24,000 bases of DNA from Candidatus Woesearchaeota archaeon. GTDB lineage: Archaea > Nanobdellota > Nanobdellia > Woesearchaeales > SKIA01. Positions 1-8,039 of the stretch are shown in pieces. Location of the stretch: contig SKIA01000001.1 of assembly GCA_007116645.1 (NCBI GenBank), positions 9,896 through 33,895 of the forward strand. The letters run 5' to 3'. Both the position numbers and the translations under genes were made by a program. The notes below the pieces were generated by a model that saw only the letters and a list, made by a program, of their open reading frames with translations, was not told the origin of the DNA and made no database searches. The first letter of the stretch is position 1. The number at the start of each line of letters is the position of its first letter.

Positions 1-63
1 TTTCAAATACCACCTATGAGCAACTCCTCCGCAACCAAGAATGCCTATTCCGAACTCTTTCAT
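1..63 (-). CDS. First 21 codons of a Rossmann-fold (Gfo/Idh/MocA-like) oxidoreductase; the gene continues beyond the left edge
   Basis: The reverse-strand ATG at 63..61 opens MKEFGIGILGCGGVAHRWYLK, a GxGxxG/A dinucleotide-binding N-terminus. A TATA-like acatataatg (revcomp of 86..95) lies about 27 nt upstream. Confidence 0.4.
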   Translation of the reverse strand, partial: MKEFGIGILGCGGVAHRWYLK

Positions 64-140
64 AAAAAAACAAGAATCTAAAAAACATTATATGTGTTAC
101 CATGATTCCACCGAAAACTTTTCGGTTTTGATCTCGGAAA

Positions 141-150
141 TATTATAAAT
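141..150 (+). promoter_or_regulatory. TATA-like box for the 172 ORF
   Basis: tattataaat is centred about 26 nt upstream of ATG 172 with no Shine-Dalgarno sequence between them. This is consistent with a leaderless archaeal mRNA. Confidence 0.45.
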
Positions 151-171
151 CTGGAATTTTAAATACCTTAA

Positions 172-1137
172 ATGAGACTAGAGCAAACCTTGCAGAGCGT
201 GTTGATTAATCTTAAAGAGAACGCCTCGACTTTGCAAGGAGTCCGTGTAGGCGTCTTTGGCTCGGTATCCTATGCGAATGTTCGAGACACTTCCGATATA
301 GATTTGATGGTAGTATTAGATAGTGACCACGATGAAGTTGGCGAAAAAAGCTTTTTTAGAAAACTTTTGGGGAGCCCATTTTATTCGCCTTTTACATCTA
401 TAAACCATGTGAGCAGTGAGGATGCTGGCGAATTCGCCGAGGACAAGATTCAAATACTGCAAGTAGAAAGCTTGATAGATGTGGCACCATGGACAGAAAA
501 TACGCTTCCTACTGTGTTACCTTTCGATTTTTACATAGCCAAAAGAGGTGTATTGGAGCAAATTTGTGCTCTTGAACCGGGCGGCGAGGTAATCCAGAAG
601 TACTCATCTGCACCCCAGCGTAAAGCTATAGCGCCCTACTATTTTATGACCACTGCAGGCAAGAAAATTGTTTATGAACAACAGATAGAGTTGCTACATG
701 AAGATGGTTCTTTCGCTGTTTTAGGGAATGGACAAAATGGAACGGTGAAGGCCTCGGACGCAGGAAGCCTATTCAATAGTTATAGAAAGCACAGTCCTGG
801 ACTCCCACGCGTCCGCAATTCAGATGACCCTTCAGTTGAAGGTAGAATATTTATCGGAACGACCGGAGACAAAGTGTTGTCAATGTCTATGCTCCACGAC
901 CCGGAGGGTGAATTAGCTGAGAGTCTCATTTTTCGTTCGTGGTGTCGCGTGACGGAGGATCTTACTAAGGTACAAGCAACCTTTGATCATCCTGCACAGC
1001 TGCTACAAAGATACTCTTCTGGACGATTTGGAGATTCATATCTCCAGCGAGTGCGAGCAATCGACCAAACTGCGCGGTCAGGGCAATTTGTTAAAGGACT
1101 ATTCACAATGGACCTTGGAAACCATAGTTTACGCTAA
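172..1137 (+). CDS. Pol-beta superfamily nucleotidyltransferase-domain protein with a roughly 200-aa uncharacterised C-terminal region
   Basis: The N-terminus GVFGSVSYANVRDTSDIDLMVVL fits the hG[GS]-x9-13-DhDh minimal-NTase motif. The remaining ~250 residues show no motif I recognise. Confidence 0.7.
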   Translation: MRLEQTLQSVLINLKENASTLQGVRVGVFGSVSYANVRDTSDIDLMVVLDSDHDEVGEKSFFRKLLGSPFYSPFTSINHVSSEDAGEFAEDKIQILQVESLIDVAPWTENTLPTVLPFDFYIAKRGVLEQICALEPGGEVIQKYSSAPQRKAIAPYYFMTTAGKKIVYEQQIELLHEDGSFAVLGNGQNGTVKASDAGSLFNSYRKHSPGLPRVRNSDDPSVEGRIFIGTTGDKVLSMSMLHDPEGELAESLIFRSWCRVTEDLTKVQATFDHPAQLLQRYSSGRFGDSYLQRVRAIDQTARSGQFVKGLFTMDLGNHSLR

Positions 1138-1198
1138 TGGAAAGTAAGAAAGAAATATTTTTATATGTAGGAATAGCAATTATGCTAGGAGCAGATCT

Positions 1199-2029
1199 AT
1201 GGAAATGACATTATTAGGTAGTGGCGGAGTCACCCCGGCCCCTCGTATTGGTTCTAAGACCTCTGTCACTGCATTAGCAAAAAACGGAGGTCCTGATTTC
1301 AGGACAGGCTCTTCTTTTTTCGTACACGACGCACACCTGCTATTCGATACTCCTGAAGAAGTACGATTTCAACTCTTGAGGCAAAGCATTGATCGCATTG
1401 ATGCAGTTATCCTAACTCACTGGCACCCAGACCATACATTAGGTATCCGAGTTTTAGAGCAATATAATTGGGATTTTGTTCATAAGAAACCAGTACGTGA
1501 ACCTATACCAGTATACATCTCAAAACAGCAATTGACCTGGTTCAAAGAGTATTCTTGCGGAGGCTTTCTTGAGTTTTATCAGAAAAAAGGGTTCATCAAA
1601 ATAATATTCTTTGATTCACATGACCGCTTAGTCTTTAATGATGTCACCGTCGAACCTATCCTGATTGAGAAAACTAAAGGGTTCTATTTTGTCATTACCG
1701 ATTCACAGGGAAAGCGAGTAGTCTACGCTCCTTGCGAATACCATGAACTGGTTGTTGACCCCTCAACCCGCGCGGTCGATATTCTTATCTCCCATAACTT
1801 GTTCTGGGAAGATGCCACCATCAGTCCACGTAAGATTCCTCCCACTGATGAAGACAGTTTTGAGCAAATGCTTACGCATGCTACTGAAATGGAAGCAGAG
1901 CGAGTTATCATCACACACATAGAGGAAACTTTCGAACTATCTCATGAACAAATGATTTCAGTGTTTAAGCAAAAATATCCTGATTTCGATGTTGTTCCAG
2001 GATATGATGGAATGAGAATCGAACTCTAA
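1199..2029 (+). CDS. MBL-fold metallo-hydrolase (PhnP / RNase Z-like)
   Basis: It carries the HxHxDH motif ILTHWHPDHTLG and an N-terminal LLGSGG strand. Later His and Asp ligand candidates are present (HNLFWED, ITHIEE). An AGGAG lies 8 nt upstream of ATG 1199. Confidence 0.85.
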   Translation: MEMTLLGSGGVTPAPRIGSKTSVTALAKNGGPDFRTGSSFFVHDAHLLFDTPEEVRFQLLRQSIDRIDAVILTHWHPDHTLGIRVLEQYNWDFVHKKPVREPIPVYISKQQLTWFKEYSCGGFLEFYQKKGFIKIIFFDSHDRLVFNDVTVEPILIEKTKGFYFVITDSQGKRVVYAPCEYHELVVDPSTRAVDILISHNLFWEDATISPRKIPPTDEDSFEQMLTHATEMEAERVIITHIEETFELSHEQMISVFKQKYPDFDVVPGYDGMRIEL

Positions 2030-2070
2030 AAATAACACATAGTTAAGACGTTGTCACTATTTAATGGCAA

Positions 2071-2080
2071 TATATATAAA
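2071..2080 (+). promoter_or_regulatory. TATA-like box for aspS
   Basis: tatatataaa is centred 26 nt upstream of ATG 2102. Confidence 0.45.
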
Positions 2081-2101
2081 TATTGGTTGCTTCACTACAT
2101 T

Positions 2102-3409
2102 ATGAACAAGCGAACAAACATTGGAGATTTGGAGCATCTAATAGGCGAAGAAGTCAATGTAGCAGGTTGGGTGGATACAGTCCGCGACTTGAAACACGTA
2201 CAATTCATAGTCTTAAAAGATAATACCGGCGTAGTGCAGTTAACCAACGAAAAGTCAGGAAAGAACATGGACGATTCCATTTCTAAATTGACTGCTCACT
2301 CTACAATGCGTGCGCGCGGCATTCTACAACAGAATCCAGGAGTTCGACTTAATGGTTATGAGATCATGGTTGAGAATATTGACATCTACAGCACCCCTGT
2401 AGAACAGGTGCCAATCGATGAAAACTCTTCAATTGACCTACGATTGGACTTTCGACACGTAGATCTAAGGAGGCCAGAACAGCGGTTAATTTTTGAAGCA
2501 CAAACTTTGGCAGAGCATGCGATGCGTGAATATTGGACTGAAAACGGATTTTTAGAAATTCACTCTCCCAAACTAATGTCAGGAGCGAGCGAATCAGGAG
2601 CAGAACTATTCACTCTGGACTACTTTGGAGAGCAAGCCAGTTTAGCCCAATCCCCACAATTCTATAAACAAATGGCCATGGCAGGGGGATTAGAAAGAGT
2701 ATTCGAGATCGGACCCGTTTTTCGAGCTAACAATTCCAAAACCAGAAGACATGATACCGAATTCACAAGTGTGGACGTGGAGATGTCTTGGATTGATTCT
2801 CACTACGATGTAATTGATGTTGAGCAAGACTGGCTGCATCACGTTCTTACAACTGTGTACGACCAGATGGGCGATAAACTAGCGGATGCTTTTGGCGCGG
2901 ATCCAACAGTTCCGACTTTGCCTTTTCCTGTTGTTCCCTTAAGTACTGCACACGAAATAGTTCGCAGCATGGGACATATTGTTCCCGAAGAAAAAGGAGG
3001 CGATTTAGATCCGGTTGCGGAGCGATTGCTTTCACGCCACATAAAAAAAACGCTAGGGCATGATTTTGTATTCGTAACAGATTATCCGGCTTCGTTGCGA
3101 CCTTTTTATCATATGAAATCAGAATCAAAACCTGAACTCACCAAGAGTTTCGATTTAATTTGGAACGGAGTTGAGGTCACGACGGGCGCTCAAAGAGAAC
3201 ACAGATATGATATTCTACAGCAACAAGCAATTGACAAAGCGATGAGCCCCGAATCAATAAAAGATTATCTTGGATTTTTTAAACATGGCTGTCCACCTCA
3301 TGGAGGATATGGTTTTGGACTTACACGCATGCTTATGCAAATAACCAATCAACCTAGCGTAAAAGAAGTAACCTACATGCATAGAGGGCCAACAAGACTA
3401 CGGCCTTGA
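2102..3409 (+). CDS. aspS: Aspartyl-tRNA synthetase, archaeal type (class IIb)
   Basis: It shows the QSPQFYKQ signature, motif 2 FRANNSKTRRHDTEFTSVDVEM, the QREHRYDIL block and motif 3 PPHGGYGFGLTRMLM. There is an N-terminal OB domain and the C-terminus ends RLRP. At about 435 aa it is collinear with archaeal AspRS as I remember it. ATG 2102 is preferred over TTG 2051 because of the TATA spacing. Confidence 0.92.
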   Translation: MNKRTNIGDLEHLIGEEVNVAGWVDTVRDLKHVQFIVLKDNTGVVQLTNEKSGKNMDDSISKLTAHSTMRARGILQQNPGVRLNGYEIMVENIDIYSTPVEQVPIDENSSIDLRLDFRHVDLRRPEQRLIFEAQTLAEHAMREYWTENGFLEIHSPKLMSGASESGAELFTLDYFGEQASLAQSPQFYKQMAMAGGLERVFEIGPVFRANNSKTRRHDTEFTSVDVEMSWIDSHYDVIDVEQDWLHHVLTTVYDQMGDKLADAFGADPTVPTLPFPVVPLSTAHEIVRSMGHIVPEEKGGDLDPVAERLLSRHIKKTLGHDFVFVTDYPASLRPFYHMKSESKPELTKSFDLIWNGVEVTTGAQREHRYDILQQQAIDKAMSPESIKDYLGFFKHGCPPHGGYGFGLTRMLMQITNQPSVKEVTYMHRGPTRLRP

Positions 3410-3517
3410 AAACCGAAATTGATCAAGCTTGTTGTGAGCTTAAGGCAATAGCGCCACAGTTGAGTTAGTCACACACGAGGAACATCATAGGTCAAAGCTT
3501 GTTACCCAGAGCGCAAG

Positions 3518-3526
3518 TATTTAAAA
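3518..3526 (+). promoter_or_regulatory. TATA-like box for ABCE1
   Basis: tatttaaaa is centred 27 nt upstream of ATG 3549. Confidence 0.45.
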
Positions 3527-3548
3527 CTCGTCTGCGGTCTAATCATGT

Positions 3549-5288
3549 ATGACGCGAATTGCAGTAGTAGAAGCAGACAAGTGCGACCAATCAAAATGTG
3601 GCGGCCTGTACTGCGCAAAGGTTTGTCCTATCAATAGAGCAGGAGACGAATGCGTCTATGAAGGAGAAGACCGAAAAGCAAAAATCATCGAGTCAATGTG
3701 TGTTGGCTGCGGAATTTGCCCAAAAAAATGTCCCACAAACGCAATCACTATCGTTAACCTCCCAGACGAGTTTAACGAGCAACCCATCCACAAATACGGA
3801 GAGTCAGGATTTCAACTCTACAACCTACCCATCCCAGTCTTTGGAAAAGTCGTAGGACTATTAGGACGAAACGGTATTGGAAAGAGTACTGCAGTAAAGA
3901 TCTTGGCAGGAATGCTTAAACCAAACCTGAAAACAGACCGAGAAGTTGAACTTGACGAGCTCATCCATTATTTCAAAGGAACAGAAGCACAAAGTTATTT
4001 TGAGCGCTTAAAAGAAGGAAAAATTAAGGTTGCCTACAAACCGCAACAAGTAGAAGCAATTCCAAAAACATTCAAAGGAACAGTAAAAGAGCTCTTAACA
4101 AAAGTTGATGAGAAACAACAACTCGAAGAGATCGCAAACACCTTAGAGCTCGAACACATCCTTGACAGAAGTATAGACCACATCAGTGGTGGAGAGCTGC
4201 AACGAGTAGCGATTGCAGCAACAGTTCTTAGAAAAGCAAACGTGTACTTTTTTGACGAACCAACAAGCTATCTTGACATTAAGCAAAGAATCAAAATTAG
4301 CCGATTCATCAAAAACCTAGCAGACGAACACACAGCAGTAGTCGTTATTGAACACGACCTCATCATTCTTGATTACCTCACAGATCTTGTGCACTTAATG
4401 TACGGAAAAGAGAACGCGTACGGAATCGTCTCGCAACCAAAGAGCACAAGAAACGGAATTAACATTTACCTTTCAGGATACCTTCCCGAAGAAAACATGC
4501 GCTTTCGCTCAAACCACATCACGTTTGACATCCGCGGAGTACGAGAAATTGAACGAGACTCATTTCTTGCTGACTGGGAAGAGTTTAGCGTAAAGAAAGG
4601 AGAGTTCTCGCTGAAAGCAGATAAAGGAACCATTCATACTCACGACATCATAGGAATCCTTGGAGAGAACGGAATAGGAAAAACCACGTTTGTAAAACGC
4701 CTAGCAGAAATTGAAGGAGAAACAAAACACGGAGCACTACGCGTCGCGTTCAAACCACAATATCCTCCTGCAGATGATACGCTTGTCATGACGCACCTTA
4801 TGCAAGCAATGAAGTATGATGTGCAACTCATCAAGCCACTTGAACTAGAAGAGCTGTACGAAAGGCAATTAAACCAATTATCAGGAGGACAACTCCAACG
4901 AGTTATTATCGCAAAAACACTTGCAGAAGAAGCCGACTTGTACTTGCTTGACGAACCATCAGCATACCTTGACGTTGAACAACGACTTCGCATGTCAAAA
5001 ATTATTCGCGACATGATGGAGCTTAAAGGAAAAGCATGCCTTGTTGTCGACCACGACTTATTGTTCATAGATTATCTCTCAGAAAAACTGATAGTGTTTG
5101 ACGGAACGCCAGCAGTATCAGGACACGCAAAGGGACCCTACACCATGGAAGGCGGAATGAACCAATTCTTATCAGATCTTGGAATAACATTCAGACGAGA
5201 TGAAGACTCGGGAAGACCAAGAGTCAATAAAATCAATTCTGTAAAAGATAAAGAACAACGAGCAAGCGGAAACTTGTACTACTCGTAA
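3549..5288 (+). CDS. abce1: ABCE1 / RNase L inhibitor-type ribosome recycling ATPase
   Basis: The N-terminus has two 4Fe-4S ferredoxin cysteine clusters (CDQSKCGGLYCAKVCP, CVGCGICPKKCP). Two ABC domains follow, with Walker A (GRNGIGKST, GENGIGKTT), the signature (SGGELQR, SGGQLQR) and Walker B (FFDEP, LLDEP). Confidence 0.95.
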   Translation: MTRIAVVEADKCDQSKCGGLYCAKVCPINRAGDECVYEGEDRKAKIIESMCVGCGICPKKCPTNAITIVNLPDEFNEQPIHKYGESGFQLYNLPIPVFGKVVGLLGRNGIGKSTAVKILAGMLKPNLKTDREVELDELIHYFKGTEAQSYFERLKEGKIKVAYKPQQVEAIPKTFKGTVKELLTKVDEKQQLEEIANTLELEHILDRSIDHISGGELQRVAIAATVLRKANVYFFDEPTSYLDIKQRIKISRFIKNLADEHTAVVVIEHDLIILDYLTDLVHLMYGKENAYGIVSQPKSTRNGINIYLSGYLPEENMRFRSNHITFDIRGVREIERDSFLADWEEFSVKKGEFSLKADKGTIHTHDIIGILGENGIGKTTFVKRLAEIEGETKHGALRVAFKPQYPPADDTLVMTHLMQAMKYDVQLIKPLELEELYERQLNQLSGGQLQRVIIAKTLAEEADLYLLDEPSAYLDVEQRLRMSKIIRDMMELKGKACLVVDHDLLFIDYLSEKLIVFDGTPAVSGHAKGPYTMEGGMNQFLSDLGITFRRDEDSGRPRVNKINSVKDKEQRASGNLYYS

Positions 5289-5290
5289 CT

Positions 5291-6352
5291 TCAATAAATT
5301 ACTGCGCAACTAGATACGTCTTGAGCGTGTTGTTTTGCAACTAACTCAATAACTTGCTGCTCTGCAGAACTCTGGGCAACAGAGCGAGCAATTGTAATTG
5401 AACGATCGTGTGCGGCATTGTAACTGTACATTATGCGCTCTGACAATACATAACCTGCAAGGTAGTAGTCAGTGTGGCGCAAGTATCGTTCAAGAGCTCT
5501 ACCAAACAATGCTTCTTGTCCACCATAGTATGCTTGTGATGGTTTAGTAACAGGGTCAAATCCCATTCTGGGGGGCGCAGTCATGACGCATTCTTCAACA
5601 TCTATGAAGAATCCAGGATCTTCTTCAATCATAACAAGATAACGATCGACCTGCCTAGCAGTTGATGCAAAAGCTATTGCGCCAAATGAGCGTTCTCGCA
5701 AGACAGCTTGTGAATCAAAAATGCACTGAATGCAACGGTCAGGAGGGCTGTTTTGCCAAAAACTAATCAGTGCTGATAATTCCTCCATGTAACCATTGCT
5801 ATACTCAATAAGCACGACAGGGACGTGACTGTCGCTGCCAAGTGGCTGGTTAATGATTTGATTTGCCTGCCAGTAATCAGAAGTAGCTTCTTTGAAGGCG
5901 TAATCAGCAGGAAGCGCTGTTGCAAGAAATATCTGCGGAAGGGCAAAAACTAAAGCAATGACGATTACCACGAAAAAAGTAAGTGCTTCAAGCTCGTGAA
6001 TTCTTTCGTGACGAGAAACAGGTTTTGTGAGTTGAAAAAATACGGTTGCGCCAAGAACCAGTGCAGGAACTACTGCAACAAACGATACTACAACCCATGG
6101 CATGAACGTGTCAGGAAGGAGAAATGAAAAAAAGACAAAAACAATAATCGCTGCAGCAATACTTATCATTCCTGCTTCAGCTGCTAAGCGGGTTTTTTCC
6201 TTGAGATGTTTTCTTGACCACGCCCAAAACGCGAGTGGAATGACAATCCATAATGCATAAACTGATACTCCGAACAAAGCCACCCAAGCGACGAGTGTCG
6301 CAATGATTGCCGTTCCGAGTAGGCCTTTTGAAGAAAAGTGTTTTTGTATCAC
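5291..6352 (-). CDS. Polytopic membrane protein with a roughly 200-aa C-terminal soluble domain, function unknown
   Basis: About five hydrophobic helices fill the first 150 aa. The GTG start at 6352 is preceded by AGGTGA 5 nt upstream. I recognise no domain. Confidence 0.6.
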   Translation of the reverse strand: MIQKHFSSKGLLGTAIIATLVAWVALFGVSVYALWIVIPLAFWAWSRKHLKEKTRLAAEAGMISIAAAIIVFVFFSFLLPDTFMPWVVVSFVAVVPALVLGATVFFQLTKPVSRHERIHELEALTFFVVIVIALVFALPQIFLATALPADYAFKEATSDYWQANQIINQPLGSDSHVPVVLIEYSNGYMEELSALISFWQNSPPDRCIQCIFDSQAVLRERSFGAIAFASTARQVDRYLVMIEEDPGFFIDVEECVMTAPPRMGFDPVTKPSQAYYGGQEALFGRALERYLRHTDYYLAGYVLSERIMYSYNAAHDRSITIARSVAQSSAEQQVIELVAKQHAQDVSSCAVIY

Positions 6353-6424
6353 AAGCTCACCTAATAACCCTTTTTAGCATAAGGGTCTTTTAAATGTATT
6401 GTGCCATAGAGTTAATATAGTTTT

Positions 6425-6970
6425 GTGTATGGATACATGACCGTGCGATATGAAGTAGGTAAAGGAATTGTTATTGCTTGTGCAGTAGTGTGCCTCTCGT
6501 TTTTTTTATTATTCACATTTCACGCGACAACGCCTCAACAAGCACAAGCAAAACAGTATTTGGACGGAATAAGCGAGCAAGCACCATTTTTTGGTGATGA
6601 ACAAGAACACATGGTTGATGTGAAAAATGTTCTTGACGGAGCACGAATTTTTTCAGCAATCATAATAGTGCTAGGACTTGTCGCGTTTGAGCGCAGAACG
6701 CGCTTTTCTTCAGTGTTTGCGGGTACTGTGCTTATCGGACTCCCACTGATCTTAGTTATGCTTCCTTGGGACGTGTTGTTTACACAGTTTCACCACATCT
6801 TTTTCCCACAGGGAAACTGGATATTTGCATACAACTCAGAAATCATTCAGACATACCCACAATCATTGTTCATGTGGTTTGCAGGAATTTGGGCAGGCAT
6901 ATGTTTATTAACAGGGGCTGCGCTCATGAAACTCTGGGGCAATGGTAACAAGAAACAAATTCACAATTGA
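6425..6970 (+). CDS. Integral membrane protein, possibly TIGR01906/DUF1461-like
   Basis: It has four hydrophobic segments. The C-terminal FHHIFFPQGNWIFAYNSEIIQTYPQSLF resembles the DUF1461 signature as I recall it, so the family call is tentative. The start may instead be ATG 6437. Confidence 0.6.
   Translation: MYGYMTVRYEVGKGIVIACAVVCLSFFLLFTFHATTPQQAQAKQYLDGISEQAPFFGDEQEHMVDVKNVLDGARIFSAIIIVLGLVAFERRTRFSSVFAGTVLIGLPLILVMLPWDVLFTQFHHIFFPQGNWIFAYNSEIIQTYPQSLFMWFAGIWAGICLLTGAALMKLWGNGNKKQIHN
6893..6911 (+). promoter_or_regulatory. Copy 1 of the 19-nt element gcaggcatatgtttattaa, ending 30 nt before ATG 6942
   Basis: It is a perfect repeat of 7497..7515. It contains CATATG plus the TATA-like tttattaa, and it lies inside the coding sequence of the 6425..6970 gene. 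Confidence 0.6.
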
Positions 6971-7469
6971 TAAACTGTTCTTGTACACCCCACTGGATAT
7001 TGATAAGGCAACATCATTTTTGAGCCATGTACGATCCCCCTTAGAAATTGACGAGCTTTCTTTGTATGGGGCCACTCAAGTAAATTTACGGTTTAAAACC
7101 ACAGGAAAGATCGCAGAGTTAAAAGTTGCGCGCAACATTGAACCTGCACTATTACATGAAAAAATCAGTGCGCAACTAGGAGGCATTATGCCACAGTCAA
7201 GCATCCGCACTAGTACTCGCGATGCAGCAGCAGTACGAAATATGCGCTCTCTAATCGCATTTTTTTCTGATTACCAACAACCACTGTATATCACAGCACA
7301 AGTTCATAATCGGACGTACGGATTTATTGAGGATGTTTTTGTGCTTGGCACAAACCCTTCTGCAAGTAGCTCACCACAACATACGTTCGACTGTGCAAAT
7401 ATCTGGCGCACAGAACTACCAGAACTCTTTCGATCACAATACGAAACCAAAATCCCTATACGACGCTAA
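6942..7469 (+). CDS. Orphan protein, paralogue 1 (175 aa)
   Basis: The ORF is intact and overlaps the upstream gene by 29 nt. It is weakly collinear with the products of 7546..7896 plus 7893..8039. No known domain. Confidence 0.6.
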   Translation: MVTRNKFTIDKLFLYTPLDIDKATSFLSHVRSPLEIDELSLYGATQVNLRFKTTGKIAELKVARNIEPALLHEKISAQLGGIMPQSSIRTSTRDAAAVRNMRSLIAFFSDYQQPLYITAQVHNRTYGFIEDVFVLGTNPSASSSPQHTFDCANIWRTELPELFRSQYETKIPIRR

Positions 7470-7496
7470 TTAAACATTAAATATATGAGAGTATAT

Positions 7497-7515
7497 GCAG
7501 GCATATGTTTATTAA
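7497..7515 (+). promoter_or_regulatory. Copy 2 of the 19-nt element gcaggcatatgtttattaa, ending 30 nt before ATG 7546
   Basis: It is a perfect repeat of 6893..6911 with identical spacing to the next start codon. Confidence 0.6.
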
Positions 7516-7545
7516 TGTGAATGGCTGTTAAGACAAGAATCAACA

Positions 7546-7896
7546 ATGATAACAAACAGTAACTTCCCTAAGCGACTAGAAATACGCACGACAGCAGATA
7601 TGGACCGCATGAAGCGAGTGATGGAAGCAAGCGACTCTCCATTCATACTTGCAGGCATGAACTTAGGCAATACTGCTCCACGGATTAGTTACGGAATCAC
7701 CAATAGCACAGGACTGTTCACACTGACCGCACCATCATTTGATATTCCAAGACGAGAACCATACCTTAATGCACGCAGTAAAATGGGATTTGGACCTGCA
7801 AGAAGTGTTGTTGAAGGAGTGCTTGCTTCAGCAGTGCACGCACCAGATTTGGGAAGAGCACTTAGCATGTTTAACACCAAATTGGATGGTATATGA
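7546..7896 (+). CDS. Orphan protein, paralogue 2 N-terminal piece (116 aa)
   Basis: It starts MITNSNF, against MVTRNKF in paralogue 1. It has DMDR-x8-DSPFIL where paralogue 1 has DIDK-x8-RSPLEI. Confidence 0.55.
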   Translation: MITNSNFPKRLEIRTTADMDRMKRVMEASDSPFILAGMNLGNTAPRISYGITNSTGLFTLTAPSFDIPRREPYLNARSKMGFGPARSVVEGVLASAVHAPDLGRALSMFNTKLDGI

Positions 7897-8039
7897 TGGC
7901 ACGCGCTGATCATAGAGCAGCTCCTGAATTCATCCTTGGCGAGTCATCACCAGGAAGATTCGTGTACGGAAACCTTGGTACAAGAGTTTTTGAACAGCTT
8001 GGAATTAACCCAGACAACCCGCTCAGAAGAGCGAGCTAA
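7893..8039 (+). CDS. Small ORF (48 aa) overlapping the previous stop as ATGA; it corresponds to the C-terminal piece of paralogue 2
   Basis: This ORF is not in the ORF track. It encodes MMARADHRAAPEFILGESSPGRFVYGNLGTRVFEQLGINPDNPLRRAS. FILG..SSP..PLRR mirrors FVLG..SSP..PIRR at the C-terminus of paralogue 1. Confidence 0.4.
   Translation: MMARADHRAAPEFILGESSPGRFVYGNLGTRVFEQLGINPDNPLRRAS

Noticed and set aside
172-1137. The NTase as the MNT half of a HEPN-MNT module
   Set aside because: At 321 aa it is about three times the size of MNT antitoxins. No neighbouring ORF has an Rx4-6H HEPN motif.
4640-5068. A 142-aa antisense ORF inside ABCE1, along with similar antisense or out-of-frame ORFs inside aspS, trmI, the surface protein, mscL, mscS, top6A and top6B
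   Set aside because: Each is a shadow ORF overlapping a strongly supported gene. None has a motif or promoter signal.
3549-5288. Inteins in ABCE1, Top6A/B or AspRS
   Set aside because: The protein lengths are normal for these families and their conserved motifs are contiguous. The LAGLIDADG gene is free-standing.
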